This document shows positions 36,387 to 45,731 of a DNA stretch of 64,000 nt, piece after piece. Below the pieces are notes generated by a model. That model made no database searches. It was not told the origin of the DNA and worked only from the letters and a program-made list of their open reading frames with translations. The DNA comes from a virus, in IMG/VR virus record IMGVR_UViG_2811995041_000003, positions 1,923 through 65,922 of that record; one strand, given 5' to 3'. Within the stretch, counting starts at the first letter, position 1, and every line of letters starts with the position of its first letter. Made by a program: the position numbers and the translations under genes.

Positions 36387-36686
36387 TTGGCTAATCCGAT
36401 TAATGCTGCGCTTAATGCGGTCGAGTATATACGTAGTAAGTACGGCAGTACGTCCGTATCTACTAAGCCTTATACCGGCTATGTAACGCCTATCACGTTT
36501 ACTACAGCGAAGCGAGAGAATTACGTTAAGGTAAAGCTTCCGGGATACAGTACGGAAGAAGAACGGGAGGCAACGAAAAGCGTCATATCCGGACTAATGA
36601 ACGATGGAGCTAACGAGTTTATCTTTGCGGTAAATGACGATGGAGGATTAGAAGTACGCTATAAACGGAAGGAAACGGAGGGATAG
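36387..36686 (+). CDS. Hypothetical protein with N-terminus resembling the tape-measure SLT tail
   Basis: AAAGGAGG RBS, TTG start. Confidence 0.6.
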   Translation: MANPINAALNAVEYIRSKYGSTSVSTKPYTGYVTPITFTTAKRENYVKVKLPGYSTEEEREATKSVISGLMNDGANEFIFAVNDDGGLEVRYKRKETEG

Positions 36687-36688
36687 CG

Positions 36689-36931
36689 TTGGAGGTCAAA
36701 CCTAAACCGAACTTACTAACGATAGAACTAACGGATGAACAATCGATACCGCGCGTTGTATATAAGGGCGAAGAGATTACCGGCCGTATTGCGGTAGACT
36801 TCGAGTGGCGGACTAAAAACGATAAACAGATCGGTGGTACTTATTTCCGTATCAAGCACGCCAATACATGTACTAAGCTTCCGGTAACAGAGACAAAGGA
36901 ATTGTGCGTAGGAGAGAAGGCCTGTGAATAG
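36689..36931 (+). CDS. Hypothetical protein
   Basis: Coupled ORF in the operon. Confidence 0.6.
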   Translation: MEVKPKPNLLTIELTDEQSIPRVVYKGEEITGRIAVDFEWRTKNDKQIGGTYFRIKHANTCTKLPVTETKELCVGEKACE

Positions 36932-37094
36932 AGAACGTAAGCAGCGCTATAGATACCTACGAGAGCAACGAAAGGAACGCGACTATGAGCTTGGATTTAT
37001 ACAACTGGCTGGCCGTCCGTTCTGTAAGCCCAGACTAGTACGACTGGGGCCGGCGCTAACTCTATCGAGATTCATGGCGGGGGCAAGGCGATGA
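36924..37094 (+). CDS. Small basic hypothetical protein (56 aa)
   Basis: GTG start after GGAG; ATGA overlap with the HNH gene. Confidence 0.45.
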   Translation: MNRERKQRYRYLREQRKERDYELGFIQLAGRPFCKPRLVRLGPALTLSRFMAGARR

Positions 37095-37429
37095 GTAACT
37101 ACTACGACAGACATAAGCGTGACCTGGAAGCACGAGCGTTCTATAAGTCTACAGCCTGGGCTAAGTGCCGAGCCTTAGTACTCAAGCGCGACCATCACCT
37201 GTGTCAAGACTGTCTCGCAAATAAAACGATCACTAAAGCAGAGACTGTACACCACATAAAGGAGCTGCGAGAATACCCTGAATTAGCTTTAGATGCATCA
37301 AATTTGGTCAGCCTTTGCAATTCCTGCCACAACAAACGCCATCCGGAGAAGGGGCAGAAAAGTGCCAAAACAGAGAAGAAACAGAGAAAAATCAGGGTTG
37401 TAAAGACAGAGGCTAACCCCGAATTATAG
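37091..37429 (+). CDS. Terminase-associated HNH endonuclease
   Basis: 'FYKSTAW...LCQDC...VHHIKE...NLVSLCNSCHNKRH'; upstream of terS. Confidence 0.9.
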   Translation: MSNYYDRHKRDLEARAFYKSTAWAKCRALVLKRDHHLCQDCLANKTITKAETVHHIKELREYPELALDASNLVSLCNSCHNKRHPEKGQKSAKTEKKQRKIRVVKTEANPEL

Positions 37430-37500
37430 CCCCCTCCCCTCTGGACTAAAAAACAAAAATACAAGGGACCGGCGGGCCCCCTTCGCTTGTTGCGCGACCA
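37430..37500. other. Probable cos packaging site region
   Basis: CCCCCTCCCC...GGGACCGGCGGGCCCCC between HNH and terS, the usual position in HK97-type cos phages. Confidence 0.55.
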
Positions 37501-37548
37501 GAAATTTTACATTAAAGGGGGGTCTCCCCGAATGAAAGGAGTGTTTTA

Positions 37549-37872
37549 ATGGCGGTACCGACAGCGAAAAAAATCCGGGAATATCTCGGAGACAGATACA
37601 AAGAATCGGATGAAGAACTGATCGAACTTTACGTCGACACTCATAAGTTTTACCGCCGACTAAAAAAGGAAGTAGCCGAAAACCCTTTAATGATGCGGCA
37701 TACGAACAAAGCAGGCGCGGAAAACCTCGTCAAAAATCCGTTAGCGATTGAGCTTACGAAGACGGTGACGACGTTAAACAATCTTCTGAAATCGCTCGAT
37801 CTTACGCCGGCACAGCGCAAAGAATTAAACGCGGGTGGTGGTGAAAATGACGACGATTACGACGAATTCTAG
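37549..37872 (+). CDS. terS: Terminase small subunit (P27 family)
   Basis: 'TNKAGAENLVKNP...LDLTPAQR'. Confidence 0.88.
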   Translation: MAVPTAKKIREYLGDRYKESDEELIELYVDTHKFYRRLKKEVAENPLMMRHTNKAGAENLVKNPLAIELTKTVTTLNNLLKSLDLTPAQRKELNAGGGENDDDYDEF

Positions 37873-39628
37873 CCCTACGGAGCTCGAAAAATGGTTCGAA
37901 AACTGGCTAAAAACGCAAAAAATGGCCGGATTTATATGCGAAAAACCGGCCGAAAATCTACTTACAACCTTTTACGCGGAGAAAGTTGTTGCGGGAGAAA
38001 TTAAAGCAAGTCGGAAAAATGTTTTGGCGTGTAAACGTCACCTGCGAGACTTGGAGCGCGCTGGTACTGACGAATTTCCTTACGTATTTGATATCGAAAA
38101 AGGACACCGACCAATTCGGTTCATTGAAAAGTTTTGCAAACCGTCAAAAGGTGATTACGCCAACCTAACGCTTCAGCCGTGGCAACATTTCGTAATCGGC
38201 TCACTCTACGGGTGGGTGCATCGTGATACCGGGTTGCGGAGATTTCGCGAGGGTCTGGTTTTTATTGGCCGTAAAAACGGTAAAACGACGATGATTAGCG
38301 GATTAGCAAACTTTGCGATATCAAAAGATAACGAACCGGGGGCGCGTGTTTACGTTTTAGCCAACTCGAAGCAGCAGGCTGGTGAACTTTTCGATGAAAG
38401 CCGGGCGATGGTTCAGAAGTCGCCAGCACTTCGGAGAAATATGAAGGAAAACCAAAAAGGAATATTCGATATGAAGTCTTTGAGTCGTATTGAGCCGAGA
38501 GCATCCGATAGTAAAAAGCTTGACGGACTTAATACTCACCTCGGCATTTTTGATGAGATACACGAGTTCCAAGGATTTAAGCTGATAAACGTAATCAAGC
38601 GCTCCTGGTCTGCGCGGAGACAGCCGATGGTTATTTATATTACGACCGCAGGGTACGTTTTAGACGGCCCGTTAGTTGAATATTACGAAGTTGCTTCCGA
38701 TGTTCTTGAAGGATCGAATGAACAGGACCGAAAATTCTACTTTATTGCGGAATTAGACGACGAAAAGGAGATAGATCAGCCGACTGAATGGATAAAAGCG
38801 AACCCGAATATGGGGGTAACGATGAAGCTTCCGACAATGGTTCAGGATTACCGGTCGGATCGCGACATCCCGCAAGAGAGAAACGACTGGATTACGAAGC
38901 AGTTTAATATGTTCGTGGATAACGGCGAGCAAAGCTTTGTAGACTTCGAAGTTATAAAACGTAATAACAAATATCATGATATCGAAGAACTGCGCGGCAT
39001 GAGATGTATCGGCGGCTTCGACTTATCACAAACGGAAGACTTTACGAGCGCGTGTCTGGAATTTATTTTGCCGGATAATCGCGTTTTTGTTTTGTCTCAT
39101 TCATGGGTTCCGGCGGCAAAAGTCGAGAAAGATAACGAGAAAATACCGTACCGAGAGTGGCAAGATGACGGATATTTGACGATTATTCCGGGCGAATACG
39201 TGGAATATGAGTACGTTTACGACTGGTTCGTTGAAATGTCGCGCAAATATCAGATCGATAAGATCACGTTTGACCCGGCGAATGCAATGCGGTTGGTTCA
39301 CGATCTTCAAAACTACGGATTCCAAACGGAGGTCGTGCGTCAGGGTTATATTACGCTGAGTGATCCGTTAAAACACATCAAAGAATTACTGCTTGACGGG
39401 AACGTCGTTTATAACGAGAACAAGCTTTTCACATGGTATCTAAACAACGTCAAGCTCGTCGAAGATCGGAACGGTAACTGGTTGCCGACTAAACAAACGA
39501 GGTACCGGAAAATCGATGGCTTTGCGGCTTTTCTGAACGCACATACACAGGTTTATCTCGATATGACGAAGCCGGTTGAGGGCGGAAGCGTCGGATTTAT
39601 CTCAATTAGCGATCTATTAAACGGTTAG
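37847..39628 (+). CDS. terL: Terminase large subunit
   Basis: 'LQPWQ', 'GRKNGKT', 'FDEIH', 'ITTAG', 'GFDLS', 'KIDGFAA'. Confidence 0.95.
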   Translation: MTTITTNSSPTELEKWFENWLKTQKMAGFICEKPAENLLTTFYAEKVVAGEIKASRKNVLACKRHLRDLERAGTDEFPYVFDIEKGHRPIRFIEKFCKPSKGDYANLTLQPWQHFVIGSLYGWVHRDTGLRRFREGLVFIGRKNGKTTMISGLANFAISKDNEPGARVYVLANSKQQAGELFDESRAMVQKSPALRRNMKENQKGIFDMKSLSRIEPRASDSKKLDGLNTHLGIFDEIHEFQGFKLINVIKRSWSARRQPMVIYITTAGYVLDGPLVEYYEVASDVLEGSNEQDRKFYFIAELDDEKEIDQPTEWIKANPNMGVTMKLPTMVQDYRSDRDIPQERNDWITKQFNMFVDNGEQSFVDFEVIKRNNKYHDIEELRGMRCIGGFDLSQTEDFTSACLEFILPDNRVFVLSHSWVPAAKVEKDNEKIPYREWQDDGYLTIIPGEYVEYEYVYDWFVEMSRKYQIDKITFDPANAMRLVHDLQNYGFQTEVVRQGYITLSDPLKHIKELLLDGNVVYNENKLFTWYLNNVKLVEDRNGNWLPTKQTRYRKIDGFAAFLNAHTQVYLDMTKPVEGGSVGFISISDLLNG

Positions 39629-39639
39629 GAGGTGAGAAA

Positions 39640-40938
39640 TTGGGCTTTTGGAGCAATGTTCGGAATTTTTTTCGCAAACCATCCGATGTCAAGGCGGAAA
39701 CGAGAAGAGATCTAACACACTGGTTTATTCCTCGTGCTACTATTCTAGGAAATTACGGAGAACATGCGCTAGTTGACAACGAAACGGTTTTCTCGGCTGT
39801 GTCGCGATTATCAAACACAATGTCAAGCCTACCGATCAAGGCGTATAAAAATTATCAACCGATTGAGTCTCAGGCTTCCGAGCTTCTGACATACGCGCCG
39901 AATCATAACATGACATCCGGGCAATTTATCGGCCTTTTGGAGACGCATCGGGCCGTATATGGCAATGCTTACGCAATAAAACGGTACGGAATGCGCTATG
40001 AAGTCGTCGGATTAGAGGTTTTGGATCCTTCGAGAGTGCAGCCGGTGATTGAAGAGACTACTCGTGAACTTTGGTACGAGATTTTAGGAGACAACGGAAA
40101 TTATTTCGTTCACAACATGGACATGATTCACGTTAAATATACGTCGGTAGACGGGTTGAAAGGAATCTCACCGCTAAAGGTTCTGCGGAACGCTCTCGAC
40201 TTTGATCGCGACGTCCGGCTGTTCAGTCTCGAACAAATGGACGGAGCAAAGATATCGTTCATTCTGGAATTGGCGAATCAGCTCGACGATACACGCAAAG
40301 AAAGGATGTTAGAGAACTTTAAAAGTTTCTATAAAGACAACGGAGGCCTCTTAATTCAGGAACCGGGGGTAAAAATACGCGAATTAAAGAAGGAATTCAT
40401 CGATACAAAGGCGTTTGAGGTCGAAAAAGTGACACGTTCAAGAGTCGCGCAGGCCTTTAATATTCCGTTGTACATGCTTGGCGAGACACAAGGCAGCGTC
40501 TCCAATATGGAGCAGCTTTATATCGATTATGTACAAGGCACGCTAATGCCTATCGCAACTCAATACGAAAAAGAATTTAACCGGAAGCTGCTGACCGAAA
40601 AGGAACGCAAGTCCGGTTATTATTTTAAGTTCAGTATGAACGCGTTACTGCGTGGGGACATGCAGACCCGCGGTAATTTTTATCAACAAGGTATCCGGAG
40701 CGGCTGGTTTAAGCCGAATGAGGTGCGTGCGTGGGAGGATTTGCCGCCAGAAGAGGGCGGAGATACGCTTTATTTAAGCAAAGATTTATTCCCAATCGAC
40801 CAGGTTGCGCAACAGAAAATAACATCGGCGGATGTACCGACGCCTCCAACGTTAGAAATTAACGAAGGTGATAACGAAAATTCGAAAGGAGGTGAGGACG
40901 ATAAAGAAGTTCTGGGAAATCAAAGCGGCGAAGAATGA
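39640..40938 (+). CDS. HK97-family portal protein
   Basis: 'GNAYA', 'GISPL', 'AQAFNIP', 'PNEVRAWEDLPP'. Confidence 0.95.
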   Translation: MGFWSNVRNFFRKPSDVKAETRRDLTHWFIPRATILGNYGEHALVDNETVFSAVSRLSNTMSSLPIKAYKNYQPIESQASELLTYAPNHNMTSGQFIGLLETHRAVYGNAYAIKRYGMRYEVVGLEVLDPSRVQPVIEETTRELWYEILGDNGNYFVHNMDMIHVKYTSVDGLKGISPLKVLRNALDFDRDVRLFSLEQMDGAKISFILELANQLDDTRKERMLENFKSFYKDNGGLLIQEPGVKIRELKKEFIDTKAFEVEKVTRSRVAQAFNIPLYMLGETQGSVSNMEQLYIDYVQGTLMPIATQYEKEFNRKLLTEKERKSGYYFKFSMNALLRGDMQTRGNFYQQGIRSGWFKPNEVRAWEDLPPEEGGDTLYLSKDLFPIDQVAQQKITSADVPTPPTLEINEGDNENSKGGEDDKEVLGNQSGEE

Positions 40939-41638
40939 CGCTAAAACAGGCGAGATTTACATTTACAGTGAAATCAGTTCGGCCCAGTTCTGGGGTGACG
41001 AAGTGACTGCGCAAACTTTCAAGGAGGATTTAGACGGACTTGGCGAAGTTTCTGCGCTAAATATCTATATCAATTCGCCAGGTGGCTCTGTTTTCGAAGG
41101 GAATTCGATCTACAACATCATAAAGCGGCACAAAGCCCATGTTAACGTCTACGTCGACGGGCTGGCTGCCTCTATCGCAAGTGTCATCGCAATGTCCGGT
41201 GACACTATTTTTATGCCCGCAAACGCGATGATGATGATTCATAATCCGTGGACTGTTGCGCAAGGCAATGCGGAAGAACTCCGCAAACAAGCCGACGACA
41301 TGGATCGCATTCGCGAAAGTCTTATCGAAGCTTACCTCGAAAAAGCAGGCGGAAAACTCGATCGTGATCGTTTGATCGAACTTATGGACGCAGAAACGTG
41401 GCTGTCGGCGCAAGAATGCCTCGATTTAGGGCTGTGCGATTCTATCGAAGCTCCTAGCGCTGCCGTTGCGAAAGTAGACACGCAGTTATTTGCGAAGTAC
41501 CGGAACACTCCGGAATCACTTCTTAATCAGACGAAAGAGGACGAAAAGCAGGCGGAAAAAGAGCGCCTGTTCCGTGAGCAGCTTATCGCGGAAGCACAAA
41601 CGAATTTACTAAAACTTCAAAACGGGGGAATCATTTAA
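40901..41638 (+). CDS. ClpP-type prohead protease
   Basis: 'INSPGGSV', 'GLAASIAS', 'MMIHNP', 'ETWL'; probable ATA start. Confidence 0.92.
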   Translation: MKKFWEIKAAKNDAKTGEIYIYSEISSAQFWGDEVTAQTFKEDLDGLGEVSALNIYINSPGGSVFEGNSIYNIIKRHKAHVNVYVDGLAASIASVIAMSGDTIFMPANAMMMIHNPWTVAQGNAEELRKQADDMDRIRESLIEAYLEKAGGKLDRDRLIELMDAETWLSAQECLDLGLCDSIEAPSAAVAKVDTQLFAKYRNTPESLLNQTKEDEKQAEKERLFREQLIAEAQTNLLKLQNGGII

Positions 41639-42792
41639 TGGAACTATTTGATCTGAAGGCAAACTTAAACACTGTAGGTACACAATTAGCATCGGTTGAA
41701 AAAGAAATCATGAACAAAGCAGCCGACCCTAACGCTTCTATCGACGAAGTACGGTCTCTAAAACAAAAAAGAGACGATCTTAAAGAACGCATGGATATCC
41801 TGCAAAATCAACACGATGCTTTAGAGCAGGAACAAAAAGCTAAAATTCAAGCAAGCCTTGAAAAAGCAAAAGCAGGCGCGTCTGCTGGACTTAACAGCGA
41901 AGATCCAAAAGTTAAGAAAATTTCTGCTAAAGCTGGATTAATCCGTGCAACAATGCGAAAAGAAGTACCGGCTCCTGAGGTACGTGCTGCGTTAGGAGAT
42001 AATAACGGAACAGGCGGGGAAAAACTCCTTCCTAAAACAGTTTCGGAAGAACTTATTCACGAACCTTTTGTAAAGAATCCGTTGCGTGAGCTTTCAACGT
42101 ATACGAGTGTAACAAATCTCGAAATCCCTAAAGTTGATTTTTCCCTTGACGATGATGACTTCATCCAAGACTTGCAGACTGCTAAAGAACTTGAAGTAGA
42201 CGGAGATGTAGTTACTTTCGGACGTCGCAAATTCAAAGTCATGGCAAAAATCTCCGAAACTATTTTGGCAGCTACTGATACTGATCTGGTCGCTACAGTT
42301 GAGCGCGCTTTACAATCCGGCCTAGCTGCAAAAGAGAAAAAAGTTTCTTTCGCAGTAACACCGAAACAGGGAGAAGAGGAAATGTCCTTCTACGCTGCCG
42401 GAATTAAGCAAGTATCTGCGGAAGATAAATATAAAGCAATCAAAAAAGCTATTGCTGATCTTCCGGAGGACTTCCGTGAAAACGCAAAAGTAATGATGAC
42501 ATACGCAGACTATCTCGAAATCATTGAAACTTTGGCTAATGGAAGTGCAACTCTTTACGGTGCACAACCGGAACAAATCATCGGTAAACCAGTTGAATTC
42601 TGTGACGCTGCGGTTGATCCTATCGTCGGTGACTTCCGTTACTCTCACTTCAACTATGATCCAGCGATCACTTACGAAAGCGATAAAGACGTTAAAACTG
42701 GCGAAAATGTATTCGTTCTTACTGCGTATTTCGATCACAAAATTAAACTGAAATCTGCATTCCGTATCGCTAAAGTAGACACTACTCCCTAA
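41638..42792 (+). CDS. Major capsid protein (HK97 fold), copy 1
   Basis: Coiled-coil delta domain; 'GGEKLLP'; 'PIVGDF'; position in module. Confidence 0.93.
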   Translation: MELFDLKANLNTVGTQLASVEKEIMNKAADPNASIDEVRSLKQKRDDLKERMDILQNQHDALEQEQKAKIQASLEKAKAGASAGLNSEDPKVKKISAKAGLIRATMRKEVPAPEVRAALGDNNGTGGEKLLPKTVSEELIHEPFVKNPLRELSTYTSVTNLEIPKVDFSLDDDDFIQDLQTAKELEVDGDVVTFGRRKFKVMAKISETILAATDTDLVATVERALQSGLAAKEKKVSFAVTPKQGEEEMSFYAAGIKQVSAEDKYKAIKKAIADLPEDFRENAKVMMTYADYLEIIETLANGSATLYGAQPEQIIGKPVEFCDAAVDPIVGDFRYSHFNYDPAITYESDKDVKTGENVFVLTAYFDHKIKLKSAFRIAKVDTTP

Positions 42793-43330
42793 AGCACCCC
42801 AAGGGCTAAAGGCATCTTCGACTGACTCATCGGTGTCCCTAAGTTGGGATGCCGTAGCCTTTGCTGGGGGAATCAAAGAATACGAAATCTTTAGGGACGG
42901 GGTTTCCGTCGGGACCCGCGTTGGCACGTCGTTTAGTGAGAGCGGTTTAAAACCGGAAACTACGTATAAATACCAAGTACGGGCGATCTCAATGGCGGGT
43001 AATCCGTCGGAGCTAAGTAACGAACTTTCCGTTACGACAAAACCGACGCCTGTGCCTGATCCGGAAAGCATCAGCGTCAGCCCATCGTCTAAAACATTGA
43101 ACGTAGGTGAGACGCAGCAAATTACCGCAACAGTATCGCCAAGTGGAGCTGACCAAGGCGTAACATACACGTCGAGCAACACGTCAGTCGCAACGGTGAC
43201 GAGCTCTGGAAAGGTAACTGCGGTTGCAGCCGGATCTGCTACGATTACTGTCAAATCGAAAGTTAAGACAACGGTTAAGAATACCGTAACGATCACTGTT
43301 GTCGAACCAACACCATCTGGCGGTGAGTAA
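42788..43330 (+). CDS. FN3 + Ig-like (Big_2) capsid extension, probably via +1 frameshift, copy 1
   Basis: +1 frame open from CCC.TAA: PKAPQGLKASSTDSSVSLSWD...YKYQVRA...TYTSSNTSVATV. Confidence 0.8.
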   Translation, partial: PKAPQGLKASSTDSSVSLSWDAVAFAGGIKEYEIFRDGVSVGTRVGTSFSESGLKPETTYKYQVRAISMAGNPSELSNELSVTTKPTPVPDPESISVSPSSKTLNVGETQQITATVSPSGADQGVTYTSSNTSVATVTSSGKVTAVAAGSATITVKSKVKTTVKNTVTITVVEPTPSGGE

Positions 43331-43332
43331 AT

Positions 43333-43572
43333 ATGAAAATCACTCCCGATGAGGTAAAAGAATATCTGCGGATTGATGGAGATGAGGAGGATTCCCTTAT
43401 CTCCTTTTTTATTTCCGCCGCAGAGAAACATCTGGAAAACGCCGGTGTAACCGACAAGGAATCGGAACTATATAAACTGGCCGTCCTCATATACGTCACA
43501 GATGCGTATGAAAACAGATCAACCGCAATGAGCGGAAACAAAGTAGCCGGCATTGTATTGCAACTGAGGTGA
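43333..43572 (+). CDS. Head-tail connector (gp6-like), copy 1
   Basis: 'EVKEYLRID..EEDSLI...YENR'. Confidence 0.88.
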   Translation: MKITPDEVKEYLRIDGDEEDSLISFFISAAEKHLENAGVTDKESELYKLAVLIYVTDAYENRSTAMSGNKVAGIVLQLR

Positions 43573-43576
43573 TCAC

Positions 43577-43912
43577 GTGAACACAGGAGATTTTAATAAG
43601 CGGATCACATTTCTCCGTTTTACCGAAACAACAAACGATGAGGGATTCGAAATAAAGGAATGGTTACCGGTTGCGACCGTTTGGTCAGCGGTTAAGACGG
43701 TTCAGGGGCGCGAATTTTACCAGGCGGGCGCAGTACAGGCGGACAGGACAGCACGGTTTGTTATTCGATATTCAAAACGGATGAAGTCGATTCTTAGAAA
43801 TGACTTGCGCATTTCATACGGAGGTAGGACGTTCGAAATTGAGAGCATCATAAATGACGATGAGCGGAACGTCACCTTTACGATAGTGACGAAGGAGGTC
43901 GGAATCAAATGA
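43577..43912 (+). CDS. Head closure protein (SPP1 gp16-like), copy 1
   Basis: 'GDFNKRITF...VWSAV...FVIRY'. Confidence 0.88.
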   Translation: MNTGDFNKRITFLRFTETTNDEGFEIKEWLPVATVWSAVKTVQGREFYQAGAVQADRTARFVIRYSKRMKSILRNDLRISYGGRTFEIESIINDDERNVTFTIVTKEVGIK

Positions 43913-44331
43913 GCATTCGGATTTCCGGGTTTGACGAGGTGATGCGAAATATCCAGCGTATGGGTAATCGAGCTAATTCGTTGAAATCGGGCGCGTTAGA
44001 TGCCGGGGCAAAGCCTATTTACGAAACTATGGAAGAGAACAACCCGAGTAAAAGATACAAGATCGCTGTCGAAAAAAGTAAGTCAGACGAAGTAGTAATC
44101 GGCCCTGAAAAAGACTTTTTCACAGCACATTTTCTTGAATTCGGCACAAGTCCACACCTTATAAAACTGCGAAAAGCCAAAATACAGACAGACGGCCAAA
44201 TTGTTTACGGTAAGGAAGTTAACCACCCAGGGCACGCTCCTCGACCGTTCGTTGAGCCGTCTTTTCTTGCATCTAAGGATGATGCGCAGCAAGAGATTGT
44301 CAGCTACTACCGGAGGAATTTGCTGCCATGA
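43909..44331 (+). CDS. HK97 gp10-like tail component, copy 1
   Basis: 'HFLEFGT...PRPFVEPS'. Confidence 0.85.
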   Translation: MSIRISGFDEVMRNIQRMGNRANSLKSGALDAGAKPIYETMEENNPSKRYKIAVEKSKSDEVVIGPEKDFFTAHFLEFGTSPHLIKLRKAKIQTDGQIVYGKEVNHPGHAPRPFVEPSFLASKDDAQQEIVSYYRRNLLP

Positions 44332-44672
44332 GTCTTCGGAGTCTAGTAATGGCGACTTTGAAGGATATTGGTGTACCTGTTCGATTTATTACGTATTCAG
44401 GTGACGAGGATACTTACATTCTCTTTTATGTTTACAACGTATCAGGCGCCCTTTCAACGGAGGATGAAGAGGCCTTCGCTAATCACTATGTACAAATCAG
44501 TATCTTCACAAAAGACCCAACTAAATATTCAGAACTGGAAAAAGAGGTAAAGAGCCGGCTCAAACGAGCTGGCTTTTTTCGTTCAAACGAACAGGACCTT
44601 TATGAAACCGAAACTGAGCTTTTTCACAAAGTCTTGCGTTATGGAACGACACTAAATACGGAAGAGGAGTGA
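44328..44672 (+). CDS. Tail completion/terminator protein, copy 1
   Basis: Position and size. Confidence 0.7.
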   Translation: MSLRSLVMATLKDIGVPVRFITYSGDEDTYILFYVYNVSGALSTEDEEAFANHYVQISIFTKDPTKYSELEKEVKSRLKRAGFFRSNEQDLYETETELFHKVLRYGTTLNTEEE

Positions 44673-44680
44673 ATCAACCT

Positions 44681-45262
44681 ATGGCAAAAGGCGTACGCGT
44701 AGGTTTAAAAAATATACACTTTGCGAAAATTCTAACGGAAGATGAGAACGGAGTTACTTACGATACTCCGGTTAAAATCGGAAATGCGATCGAAGCAAGT
44801 ATTAAACCGAATACAAACAGCGAAACTCTATATGCTGATGACGGCCCTTCGGAGGTTGAATCTTCGATGGGAGAAACCGAAGTTGAAATCGGTATCGACC
44901 AATTATCAACTGCTGCTCAGGCGTTGTTGCTAGGTCACACGATTCTTGCCGACGGTGTACTAGAAAAGAAAGAAACAGATGTTGCACCATACGGAGCCTT
45001 GTTATTTGAGTCAGCTACTACCGGAGGAAAATCTAAACTTTACGCGCTATATAAAGGAAGATTCCAGCCGCAAGAGGAGTCTTTTGCAACTAAAGGAGAT
45101 AGCCCGGAATTCCAAACCGACTCTATTTCTGGTGTATTTGTACGACGCGATCACGACAAAGTTTGGCAGCGTAGTGTATTTACGGGAGATGACGGCGTGA
45201 AAGCAGAGGTTATCGAAAACTGGTTCAAGAAAGTTTACGAACCAACGACCTCTACTCCCTGA
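44681..45262 (+). CDS. Major tail protein (phi13 family), copy 1
   Basis: 'VGLKNIHFA', 'LYADDG', 'LYKGRF'. Confidence 0.9.
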   Translation: MAKGVRVGLKNIHFAKILTEDENGVTYDTPVKIGNAIEASIKPNTNSETLYADDGPSEVESSMGETEVEIGIDQLSTAAQALLLGHTILADGVLEKKETDVAPYGALLFESATTGGKSKLYALYKGRFQPQEESFATKGDSPEFQTDSISGVFVRRDHDKVWQRSVFTGDDGVKAEVIENWFKKVYEPTTSTP

Positions 45263-45335
45263 TAATGGGGCTACCAAAAGCCCCGAACCAATAGAAGAAC
45301 CGGTCGATGATGCAAACAACGCTGAAACAGAGATG

Positions 45336-45363
45336 GAGAGCTAAGTTTTTAGCTCTCTTTTTT
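45336..45363 (+). terminator. Intrinsic terminator after the major tail gene
   Basis: GAGAGCTAA...TAGCTCTC then T-run. Confidence 0.75.
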
Positions 45364-45395
45364 ATTAAAAATAAAAGAAATTAGGAGCGTGGATT

Positions 45396-45731
45396 ATGCA
45401 AATTACATTAATGATTGACGGCGAAGATAAAGTATTTCAAGCACCTTTTGTAAAGGGCCGTATGTTGCGGGAAGCTATTAAACTTTCAAAGTCAAGCAAC
45501 TTCGATGACTTAGATGTTGAGGATCTTGACGCATTGGTTGGTTACGTGGTTCGAGTTTATGATAATCAGTTCGATATCGACCAATTTTACGACGGGATCT
45601 CTTCTGAAAAACTGATCCCAGTTATTACAGAAACAATTCAGAAAGTTGTAGGGACTGTGGCTGCGCCAAATGAGCAAGTCGGCGAGAACAAAGCAACTGA
45701 AACGCAGGCAATCGGTGAGGTAAAAAACTAA
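45396..45731 (+). CDS. Tail assembly chaperone (gpG-like), copy 1
   Basis: Between major tail and TMP; ends at A AAA AAC slippery site. Confidence 0.85.
   Translation: MQITLMIDGEDKVFQAPFVKGRMLREAIKLSKSSNFDDLDVEDLDALVGYVVRVYDNQFDIDQFYDGISSEKLIPVITETIQKVVGTVAAPNEQVGENKATETQAIGEVKN

Noticed and set aside
42322..43431. 369-aa minus-strand ORF (and its copy at 51449-52558)
   Set aside because: Antisense shadow of the capsid/Ig genes; no RBS or recognisable motifs.
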